Assembly (NCBI GenBank): GCA_964394685.1
Contig: CAYMYO010000001.1
Location: forward strand, 14-64,013
Direction: 5' to 3'
Length of the DNA stretch: 64,000 bases
From: an uncultured Gammaproteobacteria bacterium
GTDB taxonomy: Bacteria; Patescibacteriota; Microgenomatia; UBA10105; UBA927
Below are positions 6,947-16,594 of the stretch, piece after piece. The notes under the pieces were generated by a model, which did not search any database, was not told where the DNA came from, and saw only the letters and a list, made by a program, of their open reading frames with translations. A program made the position numbers and the translations under genes. How positions within the stretch are numbered: position 1 is the stretch's first letter; every line of letters starts with the position of its first letter.

Positions 6947-8401
6947 ATGCCGACACTCGACGAACTTCGCCAAGCAAGACTCACCAAACTCAAAAAACTT
7001 GTTGATAGTGGTACTCCCGCGTATCCGGCAGAAACCGGCTCCAGAGAAATGATTGCTGAAGCCAGAACACATGACAAAAAGATTGCAACAGTTGCCGGAC
7101 GCATCATGGCAATCCGGGGACACGGCAAAATTTTCTTTTTGGATTTAAAAGACAGTTCAGATCGGATTCAGATTGTTTGTAAAGTAGATGTGATGGAAGC
7201 AGCTTCATTTTCTCTTATGGAGTTTCTGGATATGGGAGACTTTATTTTGGTTTCTGGGGAAGTAGGAAAAACACAGGCAGGGGAGCTGTCTATTTTTGCA
7301 ACATCTTTCCATTTATTATCTAAATCTCTTCGGCCGCTTCCGAGCGTTTGGCACGGATTAACCGATGTTGAGGAACGGTATCGGCAGCGGTATGTAGATC
7401 TTATTATGAACAAAGAAGTCCGGGAAGTATTTGAAATACGGGCAAAAGTAATTTCGTATTTACGGAGGTTTCTTGATCAAGACGGGTTTATTGAAGTTGA
7501 AACACCGGTACTTCAACCAGTGTACGGCGGAGCATCGGCAAAACCGTTTGTCACGCACCACAATGCCCTAGATACGGACTTGTACCTGCGTATTGCAGTA
7601 GAACTATATTTAAAACGTCTCATTGTCGGAGGATTTGAAAAAGTGTATGAGATTGGCAAGGATTTTCGAAATGAGGGTATGAGCAGGCAGCACAATCCTG
7701 AATTTACCATGCTCGAGTTCTATTGGGCATATGCAACGTATGAAGATCTCATGACGTATTCAGAAAAAATGATCAGCGGACTCATTAAAGAGATTAAACA
7801 CACGATGAAAGTGACGTACCAGGGAACAAAACTGGATTTCACTCCACCATGGCCAAGAGTTTCCTATCGCGATGCAGTACTCGAATACACGGGTATTGAT
7901 ATTGCAATTGCTGACGATGAAAAGAAATTACTTATTGCAATTAAGAAACATAAATTTGTTATTGATGTGACGGGAGCCATTGGGTACGGAGTAATTCTTG
8001 ATACTTTGTACAAAGCAGCAGTGAGACCTAAGCTTATTGGACCATTGTTCTTAACAAAGCGGCCAACAGCATTTGTAACACTTGCCAAACGCCTTCCCGA
8101 AGACCCACGATTTACTGCATCATTTCAACTTCTTGTTATGGGAGAAGAATTATTAAATGCCTACAATGAGCTCAATGACCCGCAGGATCAGGCAGTCCGC
8201 TGGCGGGAATCAGAGGAACTAGGGAAACGCGGACAACAGGAACATGAATCCTATGACGCTGACTATATCAGGGCGCTCGAATATGGCATGCCGCCAACGG
8301 CAGGATGGGGTATGGGAATAGACAGACTTCTTACTATTTTAACGGATCAGAAATCCATCAAAGACGTTATTTTATTCCCAACTCTCCGGCCGGAAGTCTA
8401 A
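6947..8401 (+). CDS. lysS: Lysyl-tRNA synthetase, class II.
   Basis: N-terminal OB anticodon-binding domain followed by class II motifs (FRNEGMSRQHNPEFTMLEFYWAY; GMGIDRL). Confidence 0.95.
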   Translation: MPTLDELRQARLTKLKKLVDSGTPAYPAETGSREMIAEARTHDKKIATVAGRIMAIRGHGKIFFLDLKDSSDRIQIVCKVDVMEAASFSLMEFLDMGDFILVSGEVGKTQAGELSIFATSFHLLSKSLRPLPSVWHGLTDVEERYRQRYVDLIMNKEVREVFEIRAKVISYLRRFLDQDGFIEVETPVLQPVYGGASAKPFVTHHNALDTDLYLRIAVELYLKRLIVGGFEKVYEIGKDFRNEGMSRQHNPEFTMLEFYWAYATYEDLMTYSEKMISGLIKEIKHTMKVTYQGTKLDFTPPWPRVSYRDAVLEYTGIDIAIADDEKKLLIAIKKHKFVIDVTGAIGYGVILDTLYKAAVRPKLIGPLFLTKRPTAFVTLAKRLPEDPRFTASFQLLVMGEELLNAYNELNDPQDQAVRWRESEELGKRGQQEHESYDADYIRALEYGMPPTAGWGMGIDRLLTILTDQKSIKDVILFPTLRPEV

Positions 8402-8411
8402 TTTCATTGGT

Positions 8412-9272
8412 ATGGATATTAAAGAAATCACCGCGAAGTCTATTCTTACAAAAACGACACTCAAAAATGTTGATTTTGATTATACCGTTAACCCGTATAT
8501 TGGATGTGCGTTTGGTTGTGTGTATTGCTATGCGAGTTTCATGGGGCGGTTTGTCGGTAAGAAAAATGAGGATTGGGGAACATATGTGTTTGTCAAAATC
8601 AACGCTTCCGAATTGCTTGCAAAAGAAATAAAAAAACTTCCAAATAAAGGAAAAGGCAACGCAATTTGGTTTAGTTCTGTCACAGATCCATATCAGGGAC
8701 TCGAAGCAAAATATCAACTGACCAGAAAATGTTTAAAGGTGTTATTGGCATATGGATATGAAGGTGAAGTTCACATTCTCACAAAGTCAGACTTACTCCT
8801 TCGGGATATTGATCTATTCCACTACCTCCCTCGACATTCAGTAGGATTAACCATTACTTCAACTGACGATAAAGTATCCCGCTATTTTGAAAAATTTGCC
8901 CCACCCGTTAGTAAAAGGTTGCAAGCGTTAAAGCAATTGAAAGAAGCCGGTTTACACACATACGCGTTTGTGGGACCGATTCTTCCGCACGTTCTTATGA
9001 ATGAGCATGCAGTGGATCAACTCTTTTACCAGATAGCTGAAACCGGAACCACCTCAATCGTTGTCGAATACTTTAACGCTAGCCCGTATATTCTGAAACG
9101 GTTAGAAAAAGAATTACAAGGGATAAATACAAAAACAATTAATATGTTTCGTTTGTCAAAAAATAGAGAGTATCGGTTGGAATGGGATAAACGAATTAAA
9201 GCGTTGGTATCAAAATATAAGCTTTCATTAGTATACGGCGGAACATTGTATCATCCAGAAATGGAGAAATAA
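8412..9272 (+). CDS. Radical SAM protein, SplB-like (spore photoproduct lyase / DNA repair photolyase family, COG1533).
   Basis: NPYIGCAFGCVYCYA carries the CxxxCxxC radical SAM motif in the context typical of SplB-like proteins. Confidence 0.7.
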   Translation: MDIKEITAKSILTKTTLKNVDFDYTVNPYIGCAFGCVYCYASFMGRFVGKKNEDWGTYVFVKINASELLAKEIKKLPNKGKGNAIWFSSVTDPYQGLEAKYQLTRKCLKVLLAYGYEGEVHILTKSDLLLRDIDLFHYLPRHSVGLTITSTDDKVSRYFEKFAPPVSKRLQALKQLKEAGLHTYAFVGPILPHVLMNEHAVDQLFYQIAETGTTSIVVEYFNASPYILKRLEKELQGINTKTINMFRLSKNREYRLEWDKRIKALVSKYKLSLVYGGTLYHPEMEK

Positions 9273-9273
9273 T

Positions 9274-9894
9274 ATGAAAAAACTTCTTGTTGCTACAACA
9301 AATCCAGGTAAGCTTGCGGAACTTCAGGAATTTTTGTCTGATCTTCCTATTACACTTGTGAGTCTCAAAGATGTTGGGATTACGTCGCATGTTGAGGAAA
9401 CCGGAAAAACATTTAAAGACAATGCGCTCCTGAAAGCAACCCATTATGCAAAAGATTCAGGACTTCCAACGATTGCTGATGATGGAGGGCTTGAAATTGA
9501 CGCGTTAAACGGAGAACCTGGTGTGAATTCCCATCGATGGATTCATGGGGACAGAGAAGATGAAGACGAGGAGCTCATACAACATGCACTGATTCGATTA
9601 AAAGATACTCCCGAAGAAAAGCGTGGAGCACAACTTCATTTAGTCATAGCTTTTGCAACGCCTGACGGGAAAACGTACACTAGTGAAGGACGTATCCGAG
9701 GGATTATTCCATATAAGGCGTCTTCATACCGACGCAAAGGATTTCCATACCGGTCGCTTCTGTATCTTCCCGAGTTGAAAAAGTTTTACAACCATGATGA
9801 ATTGACCGAAGAAGAGAATAAAACATATAATCATAGGAAGAAGGCAATAGAGGACCTGAAGACCATTATTCGTGACACACTATTGTCATCCTGA
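9274..9894 (+). CDS. rdgB: Non-canonical purine NTP pyrophosphatase (RdgB/HAM1, dITP/XTP pyrophosphatase).
   Basis: VATTNPGKLAELQEF...IADDGGLEIDALNGEPGVNSHRW: Ham1 family signature. Confidence 0.85.
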   Translation: MKKLLVATTNPGKLAELQEFLSDLPITLVSLKDVGITSHVEETGKTFKDNALLKATHYAKDSGLPTIADDGGLEIDALNGEPGVNSHRWIHGDREDEDEELIQHALIRLKDTPEEKRGAQLHLVIAFATPDGKTYTSEGRIRGIIPYKASSYRRKGFPYRSLLYLPELKKFYNHDELTEEENKTYNHRKKAIEDLKTIIRDTLLSS

Positions 9895-9909
9895 ACTTGT
9901 TTCAGGATC
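9885..9909 (+). repeat. Conserved hairpin element H1 (GTCATCCTGAA-cttgt-TTCAGGATC). It overlaps the rdgB stop codon.
   Basis: 8-bp stem 9888-9895 / 9901-9908 with loop CTTGT. The rdgB TGA (9892-9894) lies in the 5' arm. It is near-identical to H5 at 16541-16565 apart from a compensatory T:A to C:G change. Confidence 0.65.
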
Positions 9910-9926
9910 TATCGGAAAAAGAAAAA

Positions 9927-9954
9927 TGGATGCTGAAATGAATTCAGCATGACA
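9927..9954 (-). repeat. Conserved hairpin element H2 (reverse orientation; its reverse complement is TGTCATGCTGAA-ttcat-TTCAGCATCC).
   Basis: 8-bp stem ATGCTGAA 9930-9937 / TTCAGCAT 9943-9950. It is the reverse complement of H3 at 11874-11901 apart from loop differences. Confidence 0.65.
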
Positions 9955-9970
9955 AAGAAAACAAAACGCT

Positions 9971-11215
9971 ATGTTAGATATTCATTTCATTAAAGAGAAT
10001 TTAGATCTCTGCAAACTCGCTGCTAAAAATAAAAACCGTGAAGTAGAGTGGGAGAAATTGTTATCTCTTGATGAGACGAGACGGAAGTTAATTACATCTG
10101 TTGAGGATTTACGGGCGCAGCGGAATGAAATCAGCAGAAAACCCGTTGAACAAGCCCGCGTTGAAGGAAAACAGATCAAAGAGTCGTTAAGGGGTCTGGA
10201 AGAAGAGCTTCGGCGGGTTGAAGAAGAACTACAGATACTTCTTTTGACTGTTCCTAATGTTCCGGATAAATCAGTGCCGGTGGGGAAAGACGCTTCAGGA
10301 AATGTAGAGATTCGGAAATGGGGAGATCTTCCCGTGTTTGATTATACACCGCGTGATCATATTGAATTAGCAAAGAAAAATGATTTAGTTGATTTTGAAC
10401 GGGGAGCAAAAGTCGGAGGATTTCGAACATATTTTACAAAAAATGAAGCAGTGCTTCTCGAAATGGGACTCCTTTTTTATGCAATGCAGAAACTGGTGGG
10501 AAAAGGATATACACCTCTTATGGCTCCATCGCTATTAAAAGAGTTCACGCTTTTTGGAATTGCACAATTTCCATGGGGAAGAGATGAAGTATATCATTTG
10601 GAGAAAGACGATGTATATCTTGCAGGTACTGCGGAACAACCAGTGACGGCATATTTATCTGATGAGATATTGATGGAAAAGGATTTACCAAAGAAGTTTG
10701 TTGCATTTTCTCCTTGTTTTCGAAGGGAATCAGGAAGTTACGGAAAGGATACAAAAGGGATTTATAGAGTGCACCAATTTAATAAAATTGAACAAGTAAT
10801 TATTTCAACTTCTGATTCGAGTAAATCTCTTACTCTTTTAGAGGAATTACTCGCTAACGCAGAGGAAATTCTTCAAGATTTAAAATTGCCGTATCGGGTG
10901 CTGTCGATGTGCACGGGAGATATGGGTGAACCGCAAGTGAAAAAATACGATATTGAAACCTGGATGCCTAGTAGAAATGCATATGGCGAAACAATGTCCG
11001 ATTCATTTATGGGAGATTTTCAAGCAAGAAGACTGAAAATTCGATACCGGGGGAAAGACGGAAAAATGGTATTTTGCCATACGCTCAATAATACAGCAAT
11101 TGCATTTCCACGAATTCTTATTCCAATATTTGAAAATTATCAGCAAAAAGATGGTTCAATCCGCGTGCCCAAAGTCCTCGTTCCCTTTGTCGGGAAGGAT
11201 GTGATCTCGCGGTGA
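9971..11215 (+). CDS. serS: Seryl-tRNA synthetase.
   Basis: N-terminal coiled-coil arm followed by class II core motifs (FRRESGSYGKDTKGIYRVHQFNKIE; TLNNTAIAFPRILI). Confidence 0.95.
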   Translation: MLDIHFIKENLDLCKLAAKNKNREVEWEKLLSLDETRRKLITSVEDLRAQRNEISRKPVEQARVEGKQIKESLRGLEEELRRVEEELQILLLTVPNVPDKSVPVGKDASGNVEIRKWGDLPVFDYTPRDHIELAKKNDLVDFERGAKVGGFRTYFTKNEAVLLEMGLLFYAMQKLVGKGYTPLMAPSLLKEFTLFGIAQFPWGRDEVYHLEKDDVYLAGTAEQPVTAYLSDEILMEKDLPKKFVAFSPCFRRESGSYGKDTKGIYRVHQFNKIEQVIISTSDSSKSLTLLEELLANAEEILQDLKLPYRVLSMCTGDMGEPQVKKYDIETWMPSRNAYGETMSDSFMGDFQARRLKIRYRGKDGKMVFCHTLNNTAIAFPRILIPIFENYQQKDGSIRVPKVLVPFVGKDVISR

Positions 11216-11859
11216 GTCGTGTTCTCTCATATTTAATTCCTCAGAAGCTCGCGGAGTTTTCAACGAAATATAACAGGTATATCCGGGTCAATGATGAATA
11301 TGGTGAAAAAAAGTTATTAGTGAACGGTTCACAGCAATCAGGGAAATACATTCGAAAGCTGTGGAAGGGCGCATGTAAAAAATTTGGTATTTTAGAAAAT
11401 AGAAATTGGAAAAAAATTTTGGTGTTGGGAGTTGGCGGCGGCACAGTGATTGAGCTATTGCATGGTCAGTTTCCAAATGTCCGTATCACCGGTGTTGATA
11501 TTGATTCAACGATCATTGATATCGCAAAGAAGTATTTTTTGTCTGGAGACATCGCGTATATTTATTTTAGTGTTGCTGATGCGAAGAAATTTATTCGGGA
11601 GAATAACTTGAAATATGACTGTATTATCATTGATATCTTTATCGGCAATGCTGTTCCTGATTTTGTTAAAACAAAAGCGTTTTTATCAGATTGCAAGCAA
11701 AAACTTTCAAAAAAAGGCGCTTTGTGCATCAATTATCTGCAAGATCGCGAATACAAAGAGAAGTCAGAGGAGTTTCATCAAGTGCTCCGGAGTCTTTTTC
11801 CAACCGTTCATGATTTTTGCATTGCAAATAACAGATTTTTCTTCGCATCCATAGTATAA
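11212..11859 (+). CDS. Spermidine synthase-like SAM-dependent methyltransferase-fold protein.
   Basis: GTG start overlapping the serS stop. ILVLGVGGGTV (GxGxG SAM-binding motif), ITGVDID and DCIIIDIF match the PABS/spermine synthase family topology. Confidence 0.5.
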   Translation: MSRVLSYLIPQKLAEFSTKYNRYIRVNDEYGEKKLLVNGSQQSGKYIRKLWKGACKKFGILENRNWKKILVLGVGGGTVIELLHGQFPNVRITGVDIDSTIIDIAKKYFLSGDIAYIYFSVADAKKFIRENNLKYDCIIIDIFIGNAVPDFVKTKAFLSDCKQKLSKKGALCINYLQDREYKEKSEEFHQVLRSLFPTVHDFCIANNRFFFASIV

Positions 11860-11873
11860 TTGGTGCATGCGTT

Positions 11874-11901
11874 TGTCATGCTGAATTTATTTCAGCATCC
11901 A
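11874..11901 (+). repeat. Conserved hairpin element H3 (TGTCATGCTGAA-tttat-TTCAGCATCC).
   Basis: 8-bp stem 11878-11885 / 11891-11898. Confidence 0.65.
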
Positions 11902-11917
11902 TCTGAAAACGGATGAG

Positions 11918-11942
11918 ATCCCGAAATAAATTCGGGATGACA
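11918..11942 (-). repeat. Conserved hairpin element H4 (reverse orientation; ATCCCGAA-ataaa-TTCGGGATGACA).
   Basis: 8-bp stem 11918-11925 / 11931-11938. Together with H3 it forms a larger imperfect palindrome across the secA 5' region. Confidence 0.65.
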
Positions 11943-11954
11943 AGAATATGTACT

Positions 11955-14672
11955 ATGTTTAAGTTCTTAGGCAAATTACTTGATAGCAACGAAAAGGAGA
12001 TTAAAAAGCTCCGGTTCATTGTTGAGAAGGTCAACAGTCTTGAGCCGGAAATTAAAAAATTAAAAGATAGTGAGTTTGCCTCAAAAACAGCAGAGCTGAA
12101 AACACGTCTTACAACCGGCGATACGCTCGATAATCTTCTTCCGATGGCCTTTGCCATCGTCCGGGAAGCAGCACTACGGACAATCGGAGAACGCCACTAT
12201 GATGTGCAGTTGATCGCATCGTATGCGCTTCACTTTGGAAAAGTAGCTGAACAGCGGACCGGAGAAGGAAAGACGTTATCAGCAATACCGGCATTGTATT
12301 TAAATGCACTATCTGGACGAGGTGCGCATTTGGTGACGGTAAACGATTATCTTGCCCGCAGGGACGCTGGATGGATGGGACCGGTATATCACTTCCTTGG
12401 TATGTCAGTATCAGCAATTATTTCCGAACAGTCGTTTATGTACGATCCGACAGTTGAGGATAAAGAAGCAGGGGATTGGAGACTGAAACACCTGCGTCCT
12501 GTAACCCGTAAAGAAGCGTACGGGGCGGATATTACGTATGGAATAAATAGTGAATTCGGATTTGATTATCTTCGGGATAATATGGTGTCAGATGCATCCC
12601 AACTGGTCCAACGGGGCTTTCACTACGCAGTTGTTGATGAGGTTGATTCGGTTCTTATTGACGAGGCGCGGACTCCGCATATTATTTCGGCTCCGGATAG
12701 TGAGGCGACACAACGCTATTATGAATACGCAAAGATTGTCGATAAGCTCACGCCGACAATGGATTATGTCATTGATGAAAAACTTCGTACTGCTCATTTG
12801 ACTGATCATGGAATAGTCAAAGTTGAAAAAGTGATGGGACTTGGAAATATTTACGAAGAAGATTTCGAAACAGTGCACCATCTAGAAGCAGCTTTGAAAG
12901 CCCGGACGTTATTTCTCAAGGATAAAGAATACATTGTGAAAGACGGACAAGTGGTGATTGTTGATGAATTTACCGGACGACTTTTGACAGGGCGACGGTT
13001 CAGTGAAGGCATCCATCAAGCAATTGAGGCAAAAGAGGGAGTGGTTATTCAACAGGAGAGTAAGACACTCGCAACCGTGTCACTTCAAAATTATTTTAGA
13101 ATGTATGAAAAATTATCCGGCATGACGGGGACAGCTGCTACAGAAGCAGAGGAGTTTCGAAAAATTTATAACCTTGATGTACTGGTTATTCCAACTCATA
13201 GACCAATGATTCGGAAAGATTTTCCTGATAGTGTATATAAAACAACCCGCGCTAAATATGTGGCAATAGCCAACGATATTATTGACTGTCACAAGCGTGG
13301 ACAGCCTGTTCTTGTTGGAACAACATCGATTGAAAAAAATGAAATCATTAGCGACTTACTGAAGCGAAAAGGAGTTGCTCATCAACTTCTTAATGCAAAA
13401 AACCACCTTCGGGAAGCTCTTATTATCGCTGAAGCAGGGAAACTAGGAGCTGTGACAGTCGCAACGAACATGGCTGGCCGGGGAGTTGACATTATTTTGG
13501 GTGGATCCAAACCGGAAGAAGTACTATTTGCAACGAAAAAAGAGTATGAAAAAGCACAAGAAGTATGGAAAGAAGATCATAAAAAGGTGATAGAAGCCGG
13601 TGGTCTTCATGTCATTGGATCTGAACGACATGAAAGCAGGCGTATTGATAACCAGCTTCGGGGTCGGGCTGGTCGTCAAGGCGATCCGGGATCTTCGAGG
13701 TTTTACGTGTCACTTGAAGATGACATTATGCGTCTTTTTGGCGGTGATCAAGTTGCAAAACTCATGACGATTTTCAAACTTCCGGAAGATGTACCTCTTG
13801 AGCATCCGATGGTGTCTCGTTCTATTGAACAAGCACAGACAAAAGTAGAAGGGTTTCATTTTGATTCACGCAAGCACTTGGTTGAATATGATGATGTGTT
13901 AAATAAACACCGCGAAATTATCTATCGACTTCGCAGGCGTGCGCTTCTTGAGGAAGCGCAAAAAGATTTAATACTGAAAGATCTTGAGAATGAAATAACA
14001 ACGCTTGTTAGTGTTGCGAAACAAGATGGAACATTGGATACGGAAAAAATTATTCAGGAATTTTCAACCATTATTCCGTTTGACAGCAATTCACAAGCAC
14101 AGTTAAAAGCACAACTAGCACAATTACCTGCTGATGCAGATGCAATAGACTTTTTACAAAGGTTAAGCCGCGATATGTACGAAAATCGTGAGAAACAAAT
14201 CAGCCCTGAGATTATGCGGCAGGTTGAACGTTGGGTGACGCTATCAGTTATTGATAATTTGTGGATGGATCATTTAGATGCCATTGATGATCTGCGGGAG
14301 GGAATTGGACTTCGTGGGTATGGACAACGCGATCCGCTGGTTGAATACAAAAACGAAGCGTACTCTATGTTTGAACGGCTCATGGCGACCATTAGCAGTG
14401 ATGTCGTGCACCGGATTTATAAAGTACAGGTGCAACTTCCTCCAGGAACGTCTCAGAATAAATCCGTGGAATTGCCAACTGAGACAAAATTGACTAAAGA
14501 AGCAAAGCGAGCCAGAACAAATGAAGAAGCGCAACAAAAACCAGCAGTAAATGCAAAAAAGGAATTAGGACGCAATGACCCATGCCCATGCGGAGCAATT
14601 AATCCAGAAACAGGAAAAATATATAAATATAAAAAATGCGGGATGATTAATGCGCCTTGGCATAAAAAATAA
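11955..14672 (+). CDS. secA: Preprotein translocase ATPase SecA.
   Basis: MFKFLGKLLDSNEKEIKKL aligns to the E. coli SecA N-terminus. Walker A QRTGEGKT; DEAD-like VDEVDS. The C-terminal metal-binding tail is CPCGAINPETGKIYKYKKC. ATG 11955 is preferred over the upstream in-frame ATGs that lie inside the hairpin elements. Confidence 0.95.
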   Translation: MFKFLGKLLDSNEKEIKKLRFIVEKVNSLEPEIKKLKDSEFASKTAELKTRLTTGDTLDNLLPMAFAIVREAALRTIGERHYDVQLIASYALHFGKVAEQRTGEGKTLSAIPALYLNALSGRGAHLVTVNDYLARRDAGWMGPVYHFLGMSVSAIISEQSFMYDPTVEDKEAGDWRLKHLRPVTRKEAYGADITYGINSEFGFDYLRDNMVSDASQLVQRGFHYAVVDEVDSVLIDEARTPHIISAPDSEATQRYYEYAKIVDKLTPTMDYVIDEKLRTAHLTDHGIVKVEKVMGLGNIYEEDFETVHHLEAALKARTLFLKDKEYIVKDGQVVIVDEFTGRLLTGRRFSEGIHQAIEAKEGVVIQQESKTLATVSLQNYFRMYEKLSGMTGTAATEAEEFRKIYNLDVLVIPTHRPMIRKDFPDSVYKTTRAKYVAIANDIIDCHKRGQPVLVGTTSIEKNEIISDLLKRKGVAHQLLNAKNHLREALIIAEAGKLGAVTVATNMAGRGVDIILGGSKPEEVLFATKKEYEKAQEVWKEDHKKVIEAGGLHVIGSERHESRRIDNQLRGRAGRQGDPGSSRFYVSLEDDIMRLFGGDQVAKLMTIFKLPEDVPLEHPMVSRSIEQAQTKVEGFHFDSRKHLVEYDDVLNKHREIIYRLRRRALLEEAQKDLILKDLENEITTLVSVAKQDGTLDTEKIIQEFSTIIPFDSNSQAQLKAQLAQLPADADAIDFLQRLSRDMYENREKQISPEIMRQVERWVTLSVIDNLWMDHLDAIDDLREGIGLRGYGQRDPLVEYKNEAYSMFERLMATISSDVVHRIYKVQVQLPPGTSQNKSVELPTETKLTKEAKRARTNEEAQQKPAVNAKKELGRNDPCPCGAINPETGKIYKYKKCGMINAPWHKK

Positions 14673-14828
14673 TTGCGTAGTCCGCCGAAGCGAACATTCG
14701 ACTGCGTGGATGTAGTCCTCGAGGCGAATTTGAGCGGAGGAGGAGTGCGGTTCCGGCAAGAAGTGGAAACGGTGTCATTACCCGAAGTTAGGTTAAAATT
14801 TTGAGGGTGGCGCGATTTTGGCGCGATT

Positions 14829-15608
14829 TTATCCTTCCAGTCTCGCAAAAGCTCCGGATTTTTTGGCTTGGCGGTAGGTATATTGGAAAATGAGGCATGC
14901 TAAAATAAACCAGATCCCATTGAGCATTGTAGCAATCCCTATGGCCTTCCAATCCAGTATTCCGGTTATTAGTTGTTTGCGTATCGATTCAAAAATATAG
15001 GTAGCCGGTAGCCCATATGAAATCCAACGAATTTGGACAGGTAATACTGATACGGGGTAAAATACTGCGGCAAATGGTTGAATGAGAAATACGAGTGCCC
15101 ATGATAAAGATTGCACCTGAGTGCTATAACGGAAAATTAAGCTAAGCGACAGTATGCCAACTGCCCAGGAAAAGATAAGTAGTTCAATGATATAAATTGC
15201 GTTCATCCAACCGATGGAAAGAAGAGAAAAATTATAGAGGAAATAGGCAATAACAGCAGACATGATAATGGCTAAGAGTGCTTTTATGGTTCCTGATATC
15301 ATTTGTCCAACAATAAACTCGGTCATGGATAACGGGGTGATAAATAAGCCACTGAAACTTCGTGCCCATATTTCCCATAGCGCTCCAACAGCAATAGCGT
15401 ATTCTCCGACCCAAATAGCGTTCCAGAAAATCATTCCGATTATCACATAGAGTCCTTGCGGGCTATCTGTTTGTTTAAATGAAAGAGCAATGAGCGCGTA
15501 TACCCAAATTTGAACAGCAGGATTCCAAAACACGTCTACCCATGTTTCCATGCTATGCCGGAAATGGTACCATGTGTGCAATAGCACTATTTTGAGCCTA
15601 TGTATTCG
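14829..15608 (-). CDS. ABC-2 type transporter permease.
   Basis: Six predicted TM helices. It overlaps the upstream ATPase gene by ~11 nt. Start taken at MRIHRL. Confidence 0.65.
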   Translation of the reverse strand, partial: RIHRLKIVLLHTWYHFRHSMETWVDVFWNPAVQIWVYALIALSFKQTDSPQGLYVIIGMIFWNAIWVGEYAIAVGALWEIWARSFSGLFITPLSMTEFIVGQMISGTIKALLAIIMSAVIAYFLYNFSLLSIGWMNAIYIIELLIFSWAVGILSLSLIFRYSTQVQSLSWALVFLIQPFAAVFYPVSVLPVQIRWISYGLPATYIFESIRKQLITGILDWKAIGIATMLNGIWFILACLIFQYTYRQAKKSGAFARLEG

Positions 15609-16545
15609 CATACGTTCCTTCGGAAATTGACAAAAATACGTCTTCAAGATCAGGTTTTTCTACATTAATATCCGTAATCCACACTTTGTGTTTCCTAAAA
15701 CCAAATAATACTTTTGGTATATCAGTTTCGGCAAGTGATATTTCAACGACATGTTCGCGCGGAAACGTGAATACAAGATTTTCATTGATAAGATATGTTC
15801 GTACAGGTGTTTGATCACCATCAAACGTTAGGATTAAATTAGAATTTCCGACACGTTTGGTAAGCTCAAGCGGTGTATCTTCAGCAACAATTTTTCCATG
15901 ACTGAGAAACATCACCCTGTCGCATAATTGTTCCACTTCTCCCATATTGTGACTGGTAAACAGAATGGATATGTGTTCTTTTTGTTGTAGGAGTTGAATA
16001 AGCTCAATTATTTTATTTGCAATATCCGGATCCAGGCTCGCTGTGGGCTCGTCCATAAGAAGTAATTTAGGGTTATTAAGAAGCGATTTAACTAAAACAA
16101 CGCGTGTTTTTTGTCCAGAAGATAAATGCCAAAATAGCTCATATTTCAATTCTTCGATTTCAAGCAGTGATAGCAGTTCGTTGATTCTTTTTTTTGCGTC
16201 CGGTACTGCATAAAGCCCTGCGTAAACAATAAGATTCTCAAAAACAGTCATGCGTGACTGAACATGAGTATACGCTGAAGCAAAATTAATTCTCGAAAGA
16301 ATATATTCGCGTTCTTTTGGAAATGGTTTAGAGAAATACGAAATCGTACCGGAAGTTGGTGTCATAAGATCCAAAAGCATCTGAATTGTGGTTGTTTTTC
16401 CAGCGCCATTTGGGCCTAGTAAGCCCACTATCTCTCCCTCTCCCACAGAAAAAGAAATGTGATCAACAGCAGTGATTGCGTTGAACTTCTTCGTTAACTC
16501 GTGAACTTCCAGAATCGGTGTATTCATAATTATTAATGTTGTCAT
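15598..16545 (-). CDS. ABC transporter ATP-binding protein (ABC-2 / drug-export type).
   Basis: Walker A GPNGAGKTT, ABC signature LSSGQKTRV, Walker B LLLMDEPTASLD, plus a C-terminal extension. Confidence 0.85.
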   Translation of the reverse strand: MTTLIIMNTPILEVHELTKKFNAITAVDHISFSVGEGEIVGLLGPNGAGKTTTIQMLLDLMTPTSGTISYFSKPFPKEREYILSRINFASAYTHVQSRMTVFENLIVYAGLYAVPDAKKRINELLSLLEIEELKYELFWHLSSGQKTRVVLVKSLLNNPKLLLMDEPTASLDPDIANKIIELIQLLQQKEHISILFTSHNMGEVEQLCDRVMFLSHGKIVAEDTPLELTKRVGNSNLILTFDGDQTPVRTYLINENLVFTFPREHVVEISLAETDIPKVLFGFRKHKVWITDINVEKPDLEDVFLSISEGTYANT

Positions 16546-16565
16546 CCCGAACTTGTTTCGGGATC
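16541..16565 (+). repeat. Conserved hairpin element H5 (GTCATCCCGAA-cttgt-TTCGGGATC). It overlaps the start codon of the divergent ABC ATPase gene.
   Basis: 8-bp stem 16544-16551 / 16557-16564. CAT at 16543-16545 is the minus-strand ATG. Confidence 0.65.
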
Positions 16566-16594
16566 CACGGTATTTATATTATAATAGCAATGCG

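Noticed and set aside
11913-11954. The longer secA N-terminus proposed by the ORF track (MRSRNKFGMTRICT...).
   Set aside because: These codons sit inside the conserved hairpin element H4. The alignment to the SecA N-terminus begins at MFKFLGKLL (11955) with the correct spacing to the conserved KTRL/RARL segment.
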